This document shows positions 51,990 to 64,000 of a stretch of 64,000 nt of DNA, one piece after another (position 1 is the first letter of the stretch; each line of letters starts with the position of its first letter). The DNA is taken from positions 22,082,184 through 22,146,183 of the forward strand of contig NC_081359.1 in NCBI RefSeq assembly GCF_030684315.1, in the 5' to 3' direction. The notes under the pieces are model-generated. The model saw only the letters and a list, made by a program, of their open reading frames with translations. It searched no databases and had not been told where the DNA came from. The position numbers and the translations under genes are program-made. This DNA is from Stegostoma tigrinum (Eukaryota).

Positions 51990-52204
51990 GATGATAGGAA
52001 CTGCAGATGCTGGAGAATCTGAGATAGCAAGGTGTAGAGCTGGATGAACACAACAGGCCAAGCAGCATCAGAGGAGCAGGAAGGCTGATGTTTCGGGCCT
52101 AGACCCTTCTTCTGAAGAAGGATCGAGGCCCGAAATGTCAGCCTTCCTGCTCCTCGATGTTGCATGGCCTGCTGTGTTCATCCAGCTCGACGCCTTGTTA
52201 TCTT
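51990..52204. mobile_element. Family A palindromic mini-element
   Basis: Arms centred on CTTCTTCTGAAGAAG (52105-52119); plus-strand CTGAAGA...GCCCGAAATGTC; TATATTTCTG repeated on both flanks. Confidence 0.75.
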
Positions 52205-52457
52205 ATATTTCTGATAACCTGACGCTGGATAACTACAGGGAATAGCTGTTACTCAAGATGCCGTTGAATTGCTTGTTTACATGGTAGTGGTTGCCCACAC
52301 CTCTGGAGGTAGATTTCCATTGCTTGCCTCTTGCTGCCAACAAATTTGGGGCCAGCCAACTGAGAAGATACCTTGTTATCCAGAGCTCCATTTTAAAAGA
52401 AAACGCAAACCTTTGTTCCTGTGTGCATTTAGTTTTCATTCATTGCCGGGGTGGAAG

Positions 52458-52880
52458 GTTTGAGAGGCTGAATAGGCTGGGACTATTTTCCCTGGAGTGT
52501 TGGAGGCTGAGAGGTAATCTTATAAAATCATGAGGGGCATGGATACGGTAAATAGCCAAGGTCTTTTCCCCAGGGTAGCAGAGTCCAAAACTAGAGGTCA
52601 GAGGCTTTGGGTGAGAGGGGAAAGGTTTAAAAGGGACCTAAGAGGCAACATTTTCACACTGAGGATGGTGCACATGTGGAATGAGCTTCTAGATGAAGTT
52701 GTAGAGGCTGGTACAATTACAATATTTAAAAGCCATCTGGATTGGTATATGAATAGGAAGGGTGTGGCAGGATATGGGCTAAATGCTGGCAGATGGGACT
52801 ACTTTAATTTAGGACATCTGGTCAGCATGGACAAGTCAGACCAAAGGATTTATTTCCATATTGTACAGCTCTATGATGCT
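52458..52880 (+). mobile_element. CR1 (HER1-like) LINE 3' end
   Basis: ERLNRLGLFSLE..RLRGNLI / LFPRVAESKTRG..L.VRGERFKRDLRGNIFTLRMVHMWNEL. Confidence 0.85.
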
Positions 52881-54089
52881 AAGAAACACACTTATGTAGC
52901 TTGACTGGCTTAAATTTCCGCAGCATACTGCCATCATCCCATGTGCCATTAATCCCAGCTGTATCCACCTAGAAACACATAACTCCAAAGCCCAGACCCC
53001 ATGTGAGGTTTCCTAATGTGTTAGAGTTATGGTGGGATATCCCAAACGATTAAAATTCCAGAGGAAGGGTGAATTGGCTCCCCTTTATTCACCCTGTCTC
53101 TTTTCTCCTTCCTCCTTGATTGGTCACAATAAGGTTAACTTAGGAGCTGATCCTTTCCCTTCTGTACACTTTTCTCCCAGACTTAAATGAACTTATTCTT
53201 CAAAAGGAGCCAATTTAATCAGGTTTTGAGAAATAAAAAGATTGAGTTAATTTATTATGCAACGTCTCACTTAGTAATTCAACACACATGAATTAGAAAA
53301 AGAGAGAAGCTCACAAAAGACAAGAGAAAAATATCAGTCTTTGAATTGATCGAGAAAGTGGATGTTTGAATGTTGTTAATGGGAATGGGCTTTATCAATA
53401 ATGTTGATAACAGCAGTTGAACATAAGATATAAGTTTCATAATTCTTATCTAGCGGATTGGTCAAGGTTCTATTGCACTGGTTCCTTTAATCTCTGACTG
53501 ATCCAATATTTAAGCTACGAGAAAGTCCTTTTGTCATCTGGTTTCCTTTTGTCTGATTGCTAGCTTACTGATATCTAATATTTAGAATGAAAAAAAAATC
53601 TTAGTGATGAATATGGAATAGATTTTTGACCGTGACCTTCACAGTGCACTAACCCTTGAACAAAGGTTGGCCAATGGGAACATCCAGTCTCACTAGCAGA
53701 CTCTGGTAGAGTTTAAACTGCCTTTTTAACCCATGCTTGTGCTCAAATGAAAATACAATGGGCTGAATCTTAGCCCACAAAAAAGTAAATCAAGTTTCAT
53801 GCTGGATCTTGCATCTCCAGACTTAAGAAGTTGTCTTGCCCTACTTACAAAGCTTACCTCATTACCTACCATGTGCCCAGCCATCTCTCATGTCTGATTT
53901 TCACTCCATTTTATCACACACAATTCTCATCAATAACTTACCACTGAACGGATGTCTGCTGAAATACCAGCATCCCTTTTGTTTACACTCTTAAAAATCC
54001 ACTTGTGCACATGGGCAGGCAGGGTGCTGAATTCTCCATGTGTCTGGAGTTACCCTGCACAATTCTGAACAGTTGGCCTGAAAATGGCA

Positions 54090-54310
54090 GTGATGGGGAG
54101 GGTGGGGTGAATTCATTGCCTCACTTTGCAGGGTCCTGGAGGTTCTACTGGATTAGATGGTCCTGATATAAGACCTCTACTTTCCCAAGGACCAGTAGAG
54201 GAGAGACCACACCTGCCTGGTTAGAGGTTGCCATCAGATTAAAGCAGTCTCAGCTGTCTGAAGGTATGGTCCAGAAGGTAAATGGTATTCTCCATACTCT
54301 CTGGGTAAGT
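54090..54310 (+). mobile_element. Possible second Harbinger Myb/SANT-like relic
   Basis: Degenerate GPGGSTG/LEVLL...PAWLEVAIRL...KVNGIL, similar pattern to 20370-20720. Confidence 0.25.
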
Positions 54311-55389
54311 TCACCATTTTCTCTCCAATCTAACCCAATCTCTGCTACTGTACCCATCCCACCACCAAGGCTTATGCTCCATCACTCTCAGTATTACCGG
54401 CAACATCTTCCTTCACTTGCTTCAACTCCTGACAGCACTAACTTGGCAATCCCTCAGTGCTGCCTTCTCACTCGCTCAGGACACCTCCCTATCTGCACCA
54501 AAAGTAGCAGCTATGCCACTTTAATCTCCCACAATTCCTGCTCTCTCATATTCCAGGAGGAGAAACAGCTCACAATAGGGCATAAAGTGTCAACATGGGT
54601 GGTGTGTTGGCCATCAGTTGCCCTCTGACCTGTTATATGGGAAGGATCCTTCTTCTGACTGCCTTGAGCAGGCCCTAGACTGGTATCAAAGGTTCCCCTT
54701 GACTTACTATTCTGTACCATCTGAGCAAAGAATATCTTCCTTGGATTGAATGAGGCCTGCTAGCAATGACAAACTTCCTGCTTTGTGTCAATGCTAAACA
54801 GAAATTAAGGCAACTGTCCGGACAATTGTATCTCTTGTTGGTGGGGAATGTTAAAAAAAAGATGAGGCAAGGCTATGAGTATCCAGGTAAGTTCAAAGTG
54901 AGTAAGTGCAATGACAGTGAGTGAAGAGTCCAGTGATATGCCCATGTCGATGAGCTGGGTACATGTCTCTGAGGACATAGTGTTCTTGCTGCATTGAGGT
55001 ACAGCTCTGAAGTAGAGAAGGTCCCTGAAGGTAGATTGTGGATGACGGTTCTGAGAGGGTGGCACATATTTAATGCCAATGTCCATGCCTTTGGAGTGAC
55101 TAGTCAATGCCCGTGGAATATGCTAAGATATTGGTGTCCAATTTCCAGTATAGAGGCTGTTGAGAGCCACCATTGATCTCAATCTGCTCTGGTTTCCTTG
55201 GTTGACTTTTTATACCAAAATATTTTGCTGGCCTTGGTACGATAGAAGTCTGAGTATTAATCATTTGAGTTTGGTAATAACAAGGTATTTAAGGCACATT
55301 AATCCAGGCAATTGGTATCTCTATAATCACCAAGCAAGAATTTTGCCATGCCACCTGTGAAAAGTATGGAAGATAGAGTGAATCTGGTG

Positions 55390-55685
55390 TTCTTATGGTG
55401 CAGTGGTAATGTCCCTACCTTTGAGCCAGGAAGCATGTGTTCAATTCTCAACTTTTCCAGCCATATATCTTAATATCTCTCAACAGATTGATTAGAAAAT
55501 ACTAAAATAGTAGCTGTGCTCTCAAAAAGTACTGAATGAAAATTAGAAGAACAAATCTTAAGAAGGACTCGTGGTGCAGTGGTAGTATCCTTACCAATGA
55601 GCCAGGAGACCCGGGCTTCACAAGTCCCACTTGCTCCAGAGGTGTGTAATAACATGTTTGAAGAGTTTGATAATAAAAATCTAAA
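55390..55685 (+). mobile_element. Two adjacent short tRNA-derived SINEs
   Basis: TGGTGCAGTGGTA.T.TCC.TACC..TGAGCCAGGA heads at ~55396 and ~55572, each with a B-box-like motif. Confidence 0.6.
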
Positions 55686-55827
55686 ACACAGTGCAATATT
55701 GCGATAGGTTGGTTGTACTTATTTCTCAATTTTACCTCACATCTTGCTGTAGCCCGTTGCTCAAACCCCGAAAAGATTCCACCCAATACATTTGGAATTT
55801 GGGATATAATATAATTGGGATATAATG

Positions 55828-56144
55828 GGACAGCACGGTGGCTTAGTGGTTAGCACTGCAGCCTCACAGTGCCAGGGACCCGGGTTCAATTGCAGACTCA
55901 GACGACTGTCTGTGTGGAGTTTGCACATTCTCCCAGTGTCTGCGTGGGTTTCCTCTGGGTGCTCCCGTTAACTCCCACAGTCCAAAGATGTGCAGGCTAG
56001 TTGGATTGGCCATGCTAAATTGCCCATGGTGTTCAGGGGTGTGTGGGTATAGGGGGATAGGTCTGGGTGGGATGCTTCAAGGGGCAGTGTGGACTTGTTG
56101 GGCCAAAGGGCCTGTTTCCACACTGTAGGGAATCTAATCTAATC
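55828..56144 (+). mobile_element. HE1-like V-SINE, well preserved
   Basis: GCACGGTGGCTTAGTGGTTAGCACTGC...GGGTTCAATT, V-domain, tail GGCCTGTTTCCACACTGTAGGG(AATCT)3. Confidence 0.85.
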
Positions 56145-56297
56145 TTATCCACAGAGGGTGACTTACTGTTGTGCAGGGTTCTGTAAGACCCTCTTTAGCT
56201 GCAGTCACAAGAAATCACAGTCCAGTCTGCTCGACTAGCCTCTTCTTTCTCTATACAGGCACCTTTCTATAGGTATAACATTCCATGGTCTTGCTCG

Positions 56298-56320
56298 CTC
56301 TCTCTCTCTCTCTCTCTCTC
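56298..56320. repeat. (CT)n microsatellite
   Basis: About 11 consecutive CT units. Confidence 0.9.
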
Positions 56321-56776
56321 GATATACACTTAATTCACATCCACAGGCCATTGTTGGCTGTATCGGCCCTCTCTAAAAAAACACATTTTTGGAATTACAT
56401 GTTAAAAATGACAACAGCACTTCGGGGTTCTGATTTATTGTCAAAACACTATTGACTCGAGGACACTTCTGAGCCCAGGAAGTAGAAACTATAGATTCAC
56501 CACTCACTTGGTTGCGCTATCCTTTAAGAGATCGACTGAGGGTACCCTTAAATTCCTACTATCATTTAGAAGTCAGTGGAACTTACTCCCTGCACCCTTC
56601 CAGGAGAATTCAGGGAACTTCACACCCTGTGCTTCTTGTTCCATTGAATGTGCGCTGCCCCTAATGCTTGGGAGTATTTTAAAATCTTTAAACATTGAAG
56701 CTGTTGCCTTAATAAAATTGTAAAACTAATATTCAGTCAAGCATATGCCTGAGCTGCTTTTGTTGAAACTTTATAT

Positions 56777-58720
56777 CAATGGTCTCCCAACTTTAAGAGT
56801 AAGATCACTTTGAATTTAAGTGCAACCCAGGACCTACTCTGATTAAAATAGAATAAAAAGTTTATTTTTAGGACTACATGAATCTAAAACCAGGTATATA
56901 TGATGGCTAATTTTGTCCTCTACACACCAAGTGTCAGTGTAATTGCTCTGACTACACCTTATCTGTCAGTACCCTGAAAACTGGGTTGTAGTTTGAGTTA
57001 CGAGCCAAATACACTCTGTCAAATGGTGATCTGTGAGACCATTGCAATACACAGATTTGATTATCTTCATCTGGGAAGATGCTGTCTCAGGATTATGTGG
57101 AGACAAGGCAAGATTTTACTTTAAAAACACAGGATGATGGGAGTGGGTACTTTTCTGTTTATCCCCCAGAAATAACTGTCCCCTGATCTGATTTCCAGCT
57201 CAATATCATTTTGCATAATAATTACTTCTGTATCAACTCCACTGCTTTGTAAAGAAGACACATTTCGGAATTTGATATCTACAACCAAAGTCTACTTGAA
57301 GGAATAGATTTGAGAAAAACATGTCGACTTATTCTATCTCACCTAATCCCTAAAATCACCTTGTGTAATGCTTTGCTAGTTTCCCCAGATGTGCACAAAC
57401 ATTTTCTGGGTGTAACTATTTTTCCTTGTTTTTGATTTTTCCTGGTATTGCCCTGAGACTTGGGAAGTATTGCACTATTTTATTCATTAATTGGAATGGC
57501 CCCAGATCCAGTTGCAATTTGAATGTGTTCACAGCACTGATCATATGTGCTAAGCTTCTGTCCTTTTCCTGAAGTTCACATGTTAGCTCATTCAATTTTG
57601 ACAATATGTCTGATAGGAATCTGAAGTCAATCAGCCATACATTATCTGACAGCTCACTACACAGTTTCTTCTTTCATTCAAGAAAAGGGATGATTTCAGG
57701 CATCAGATCAAAAGGTCTTTGCAGCACCTTCCCTCAAACTGACCACGTCATATCTGCATGGAGGATTAACTCACCGTAGGCAGCATTTGTTGAGTAAGGA
57801 TTTAGACAGGCAGTGCTGAAGTGCTCGTATCAAGTTTACAATCTTAACAGGAACTTTAATTACATGAGAAAAGTCCAAGCTTTACTCACAAATGTTTGCT
57901 CGTGGATTATACTGTGGCAACTGACAAAGAAAATGGGAAATTGCTATCAAATCTGCAAAATGCAACCGAGCAAGCATTTGTGTCAAACATTGCTGCTACA
58001 CTATCAGTTGCAATGGAATCCAGTTTCTTGATTGTAATGGTTTTCTCAACCACATATCTCCTGAATTTATTGCAGACGTCCTCACCCCTTGTTTATTTAA
58101 AAGGGCAACAGTGTGAGAGGATTGTGTGAGCAAAAACAATTGACTGGGCTGCATTGGCCGTGTTGATGGAATCATTGAGCCGCAGTGAGAACCATTCACA
58201 GTCCTTCAGGTCCTGCTGTAGTTTCTGAAAGATGTCTCCAGACAAAGATTCCACTTGTCCTGTAACCATGGGAGTGTGAAGGGAGAGACTGCAGGTTGTT
58301 GTCATTATTTCTTCTGTATTCTTAAAACCTTTGAACTAAGAGTCTGCAATCACAATCATTGTTTCTTTGATTATTTCACCTTTGGCGAATGATGTGTTTT
58401 CCAAAAGATAGCAAATAAAATGATGCTTCAAGACAGGCCATCCTTTTCTAAACGAGCAAAAGGTGACTGTTGAGCTTTCAAAACAACATTCAGTTGTCAA
58501 ATTTTTTTGTCCAATACATACTGTTCAAGGCAAACTACTCTTGAATTTACCGTGCATATTGTGTTCTGAAATTCCAAGTCATCCATTTCACTTATTGTTA
58601 TAATTGGTGACACACAAGTCAAACATTCTTATGTTTTCCAGTTGTGAACAGAAATTAATTTTTCCATTTCACTTGGAATTTGAACTTTTTTAAAAAAGTT
58701 GATCCCAGTTTGCTCATCAT
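56777..58720 (-). mobile_element. Fossil hAT (Charlie/SPIN-like) DNA transposon
   Basis: Fragments CEWFSLRLNDSINTANAAQSIVF, GKVLQR..DLMPEIIPFL, WLIDFRFLSDILSKLNEL..ELQ; TIR-like CAATGGTCTCCCAACTT at 56777-56793; second TIR not found. Confidence 0.75.
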
Positions 58721-60171
58721 TATTGTTTTACCTTGTAATTATTGATGCGATTATCATAGGTCGACCTCTGGATCTGTGTCTCTGGAATATTCAGAACATT
58801 GCTGGCTGCTTTCAGGTCTGGAGGCACAGGAGGTGAGGCCAGTGGTCACAGTTTGCTTCTAGGGTCCTTGCTTGGCTGGTGTTGCTTGAATATTGGATGT
58901 GGGGTGGTACAGCATCCCCTGTAATTTTGCTTCATTCTGCAAATACAATTAGATAAACAGCTGAAAAAAAGGAACTGCAGATTTGCAGAGAACTAGCAGA
59001 AGAACAGGACTAGCTGAGTCATTCTTGCACATTGTTGTATGAGCATGGTGGGCTGAAGAGTCTCTCTGTTTCTAGAATGGTCTGACAGCTGATGCATGAG
59101 GTCAGTATATTTCTTCACTTGTTTGCATCATCAGCAATGATAGACCATCTGGACCAGACTGAAACATGATGAGACAAGTTGGCAAAGCCTATTAAGGACA
59201 TGCATTTTTTGAGCTGTGTGGCTTCCAGAAACAGAAGTAATGTAAAAAGGGAAAGATAGTGTCACCATCGTCTTTTTCTCTGATTAGAGAGAGAGAGGTG
59301 ACAGACGGTGGTTTAACCTGAGGGCTGCGACATTTCAGGTGAGGGGAGAAGTTGAGAACTTCATGGTAATCTTAGGTAGTGCAAGAATTGAATCCCTGCT
59401 TTTGATATCACTCTACATTGCAAAGTAGCTGTCCAGTCGACTGAGTTAACTAATGACAAGTGAGGTGTGTGCAGCAAGGGAAGTTGGGAAAACAGTGAGA
59501 TTAACCATCACAGAGTAAGCGATTGACCATTCATTCACAATCTATATGTTGGAGACCATGGCTATATACATGAGGCTTAAGACAGATATTTACACTGACC
59601 ATAGCCATAAACACTTTAGCTTATTAAACAGCCCAGAACATAAAAAGGTCATACAAATGTGAGTGAGCAAACTTTTCAGCCTTTTGACTGTGTTCACCAA
59701 TTCAGTTAGATCATGGCTGATTTCATTATCAAATTTGTTTATCTCCTTTGACCCTTAATACCCTTGTCTCAAAATATTTTGAGCTTTTAAAATCAATATC
59801 ACTTCCTACCTCATAACGCTCTCAATAGATTCTCTCAGCACTTCTAGATTTCTAGAAACCTTTTTGTGAAAATATGCTCCTTCATATTAGAGACTGCCTC
59901 TAATTAAAATGTTAATCCCCTTGGTCAACTCTTCAAAGGAAATAATTTCACTCTATCCCATAACATTAATTTCTTGCCATCCAATAGCATTAATTTCTCT
60001 CCATCTTGCAACATTAATTTCTCTCATCCTCATATACCGCAAGGAAATGCAGACAAGTTGCACTGAATTAAAGTGAGAACAGACATGTGGAATATAAAAA
60101 TCACTGTAGATCTGTTCAGTGAAATGACCTGTTCAGCTGATCTAAATACAGTGTGAACCTAATTATCATCT

Positions 60172-60352
60172 TAAAAAGCAAAAATGGAAATTGCTGGAGG
60201 AACTCAGCAGGTCTGGCAGTTCAGAACTAAAAAGGGTCACTGGATTTAAAACATTAACTCTTCTTTTACTCCACAGATGCTGCCAGACCTGCTGAGTTTC
60301 CACAGCATTTCTTTGTTTTTACTTTAGATCTTCAGCATCACAGTTCTGTTTT
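60172..60352. mobile_element. Family B pLTR remnant with partial inverted arm
   Basis: AACTCAGCAGGTCTGGCAG ... TGCCAGACCTGCTGAGTT inverted pair around a decayed HHR. Confidence 0.6.
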
Positions 60353-62194
60353 AATGATGCTCAAAAAAACTCAGATGTAGGGCTTAATGACTGATCTGGT
60401 TCTGGACTGATATAGATGAAAAGTGTTTTGCACATTGTTCGAGCTGAACTTTAAATTTCCCCATGTCTTGTATTTAATTAATGCTACTTCTTACACTGAA
60501 TGAACAAACTGCCAGTTCTAAACTGTAGCATGAATATCCTCATAACTCAATCTCTCGTCTGGTAGTTCTTTGAAGAGAGGAAGCTTGAAACGAAGCACAT
60601 AGCAAAAAACGGTATATGGAATCTTTGAGCATGGGGAGGTTATGGAGCTATGTAGTTGCCATACAATTCTGGCTGACCATGTTGTTATAGGTGTACCAGA
60701 AAACTTTACAGATTGGAAAATCAATTTGCTTAGCTGTAACACAAGCATATCACCTGTACATTGCCATCCAGTCCTGGAGTGGGACTCTACCTTGCTCAGA
60801 GAATAGAGATGCTGGCCTCTGCTCCACAAGACTTCCAAAGCTAATCTAAACCTAATTGGGATTAAATAGAAGCATGGAGGGTGTAATACAGGCAATTGCT
60901 GAAGAAGAGACCTTTGCATTTTCGAGTGGAGAAGGCATAATTCAAAGTAAGATCACATTGGGCATAAGGAACCAATAGAATATCTCTTTTGATTTAGGTT
61001 CCTCTGGTTTGTGGGCGTCAAAGTAACATATATTTCATATCCTGTTACATTCTATACCACAGACTGTAAGCTCTCAAAACATAGTCTGGTATTTGCCGTA
61101 ACCTGATATCCTGGAAACCTTTCCACAGTCTATTAGTTGAAGAAGTCATATGTCATTTGGCATTATTCCACAATTTCAATGAAAATGGCTGCTGTCAAAA
61201 GAAATTGAAATATGTACAACACATCTTTTTAAAATGCCATAGATTCAACAATGAATTACCGACAGCAATCTAATCTCATCATTTAGGTTTCCCAGCTTTG
61301 CTCTTGCTTCCTATGATAATGTGAACTTGAAGTGAGATTAGTTGCTTGTTCTCCATAGCTAGCACACAGTATTCTCTGTGCTCAGCATTATGTAGTAAAG
61401 GCCCCATCAAAGCACTCCAAATGAACTGCTTCTTCGAAACCAGCAAAATGTGAGAAATATTCTGCAAAATGTCAAAAATACTCTGCAAAATGGCATCATG
61501 GAATTTTACAGCAGGAACTAATTGAGTCACAAGTAATATTCTTGTTAGCACTCAAAGCTGAAAGTGACCCAATCATATTTAATCTCTTGATGGAGCAGGA
61601 GTGAAAGAGATTACCGACAGGAAAAGCAAAACATTCCTAACATGATTTGTTCTGGAGTTATTTAGCAGCAGAGATTGAAAGCATGGTTTTTAATGTTTAT
61701 AACAATTGTCCTTTCACTCTTTACCCATATTTGTAGCCAATCGCAAAGATGGCATTTTTGACTGCAGTGTGCTGTAGGTATATCGAAATACATAGATTTG
61801 GAAAATTTTCAAAAAGTAATTGCATTTGGAATGAAGGATCAGCATTTCCACCTCCATATGTGGCTTCTCCAACAATAACCAATGTGAAACAACTCTCAGC
61901 AAATTTGCCAAGAACAATTCAGATGGAATCTATCGATCATAGATTAAACGTCTTGCCATATTGAGCAATTTCTGTACATATCATGTCCATTTTGATAGCT
62001 TTTTGTTCTTGTCAGGACTTTTTCTTTCCGAAGCAGCCTGGAGCAGACATGTATAAATGGAGATTAAGCAAGATTAGCCATGATAGAATGACAGATTTGG
62101 TTCACAAGGCTGAATGGTCAGTTCTGCCACTATTTTAAATCATGTTTATCACTGTAGAATCAAACCTTTGAATTTTTGTGGCAGATCAGTAGAT

Positions 62195-62530
62195 AGTAGA
62201 TATTTTGGAGTCAAAAGGTTATGGGTTTAAGACTGGACTGCCAAACTCTAGCGTGATTTTGGAATGTGATATTATCATTTGTAAATATAACAATGAATTG
62301 AGTTTCCATTTGGTCTTTCAGGTAGGCATTAAAAATCCAAGACATTACTTCAAGAAGAGAGGAGAGCTTTTCCCAGTGCATTTATACTTCAGCATTATGA
62401 AAGCCAATTATGGAAGCTTGTGTGCAAAATTGGCTTTTGCATTTCCTACTGCAACAAGTGACAACACTTACGTATCCATAAAGCACTTTGGAACATCCTT
62501 TAATAAAAGGTAAAAATAAATGCAAGTCTC
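62195..62530 (+). mobile_element. Decayed Deu-domain SINE
   Basis: TGGAAGCTTGTGTGCAAAATTGGCT..TGCATTTCCTAC...AAAGCACTTTGG...ATAAATGCAAGTC. Confidence 0.55.
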
Positions 62531-64000
62531 TTTTTTAGACCACATTTCACTCTTAATTTACACTGAATGTCAATAAGGACATGTAGAAATTGGTACAAAT
62601 GCCAAGAATTCCTTTAAAATGGAAATGGATTTAAAAGGGCTGATGCCAGAACTACTGTAGCAATTTCATAGTCAGCTAATAGCAGCCCCAACCTATATCG
62701 CTAAGCCTTTAATGCTATGGCTGCACATGAAGTCAACAAGGGAAACATGCAGATAAGAAATAGGAGATGGCTTGGAATATATCAATGGGGGAGCAACAGA
62801 AACATAGTGAGGAAAATCCATTGCTGCAAATATGTTACTATGTTCAGATAGAGGAAAGTAGAATCAAGTGTTAGAACTTAAAAAGAAAATCCTTACTGCC
62901 TTATCATTCTGGTCTGAGCTCATTGTGAGTTTGAATTTACAGCATTTCCTTTCCAAACATCAGTCCTTCGCTTTATGTTGGTCACTGAGGATCCTGGGCT
63001 CAATCATATCGATATTCTGCTAGAATAATTTATCTTGCACATTTGTGATGTACTTCAAAAGTACATGAGCACACCAAGGCTTAGATGCCTCAATTTACAT
63101 TGTAGCAAACAGATTCATCCAAAAGAAGAAATCAACTGCAACATTAATTTAGTCCTTATTTTGTTCAGTACATTTGCGCTTTGAACTGAAGCCTTCTCAA
63201 AGAAAGTAACTTCTTCTGACAAAAATTGCTGAAAGAGTGGTGTCAACAGCATGATATCTTGTGATCAATTGTGTGACAGAAACAAACGCACTGTTAGCAG
63301 CTTTGTTTTAAAAGCAAAATAATTCACTTACTCATCAATTTCTTCTGAAATTTTGGACATTCATATCTGTCGGTTCCATTTTATTTCTCCTTAATTGTCC
63401 AGACCTTATTAACTGAGCTCCTAAAAGCAAAATTCTACGCCTTGGACTAAAATGAAGCTGTTTGATGAAATTTCGGGGGTTATGAAATGACTAGAATTAA
63501 GTGCTGTCTAGACGTGCATGGAAAACACCGAATAAAAATATTAGACTTGATAGTGACCAATGCTCGTAAATTCCCAGCACAATGCATCAGATTCTACACT
63601 GGTAATTTCATCAAGATCAACAAGATGTAATCTTGAAAACCATTTGCACAGCACGAGGACAAATAGATGTCCTTGTCCTTCCAGATGTATTTGAAGCTTT
63701 ACAGCCTGACTACTGTCTGTAAGCAGCTATAGAGGGCAATTGTAAATAATTAAATAGAAATTTGTTACCCTTTGTCAAATGTATTTCTGATGTCCCTCTT
63801 CCTCTATTTCCATTAAGCGATCCCTTGATTAAATTTTAAAGTCTGAAAACAATTTGAAGGGCTGGAAATGCAAAGAGCAAACTAGAATTTGAGTCTCTGC
63901 AAAAGGAAAGTCATATTCTCTTAGGGAGCAGCTTTGAAAGTGGCAGGTGTTTTTCATGCTCTTTTCATGATGCTTTTGTCAGTGCATTATACAGCTAAGT

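Noticed and set aside
55828-55900. tRNA genes at 16295, 45914, 55396, 55572 and 55828
   Set aside because: A/B boxes run straight into SINE bodies; no complete cloverleaf.
1-64000. CRISPR array or prokaryotic system
   Set aside because: No regularly spaced direct repeats or operon-like ORFs; the sequence is clearly vertebrate.

Overview
Vertebrate genomic DNA, most likely a shark (inferred from HE1/V-SINE, Deu-domain SINE, CR1 and Penelope repeats). The only host gene is protocadherin-9 on the minus strand: one ~3 kb coding exon (5304->2293) with a CpG-rich promoter near 6.1-6.5 kb. The remaining ~55 kb is upstream gene desert filled with decayed retroelements. The standout structure is at 33.26-40.14 kb. 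A Penelope-like element (PLE) forms a ~870 bp-arm palindrome, and a near full-length Tx1-clade LINE has inserted exactly inside the hammerhead ribozyme (HHR) of one arm, with a 19-bp target-site duplication (TSD). The LINE's 5' end is a diverged copy of the ribozyme's downstream strand and begins at the predicted HHR cleavage site. This suggests a LINE that targets the PLE ribozyme and rebuilds it to cut out its own RNA (hypothesis, one copy seen). About a dozen more PLE-type minimal HHR motifs, intact or decayed, lie in short, often palindromic mini-elements. Repeat boundaries and family names were judged by eye, without database searches.
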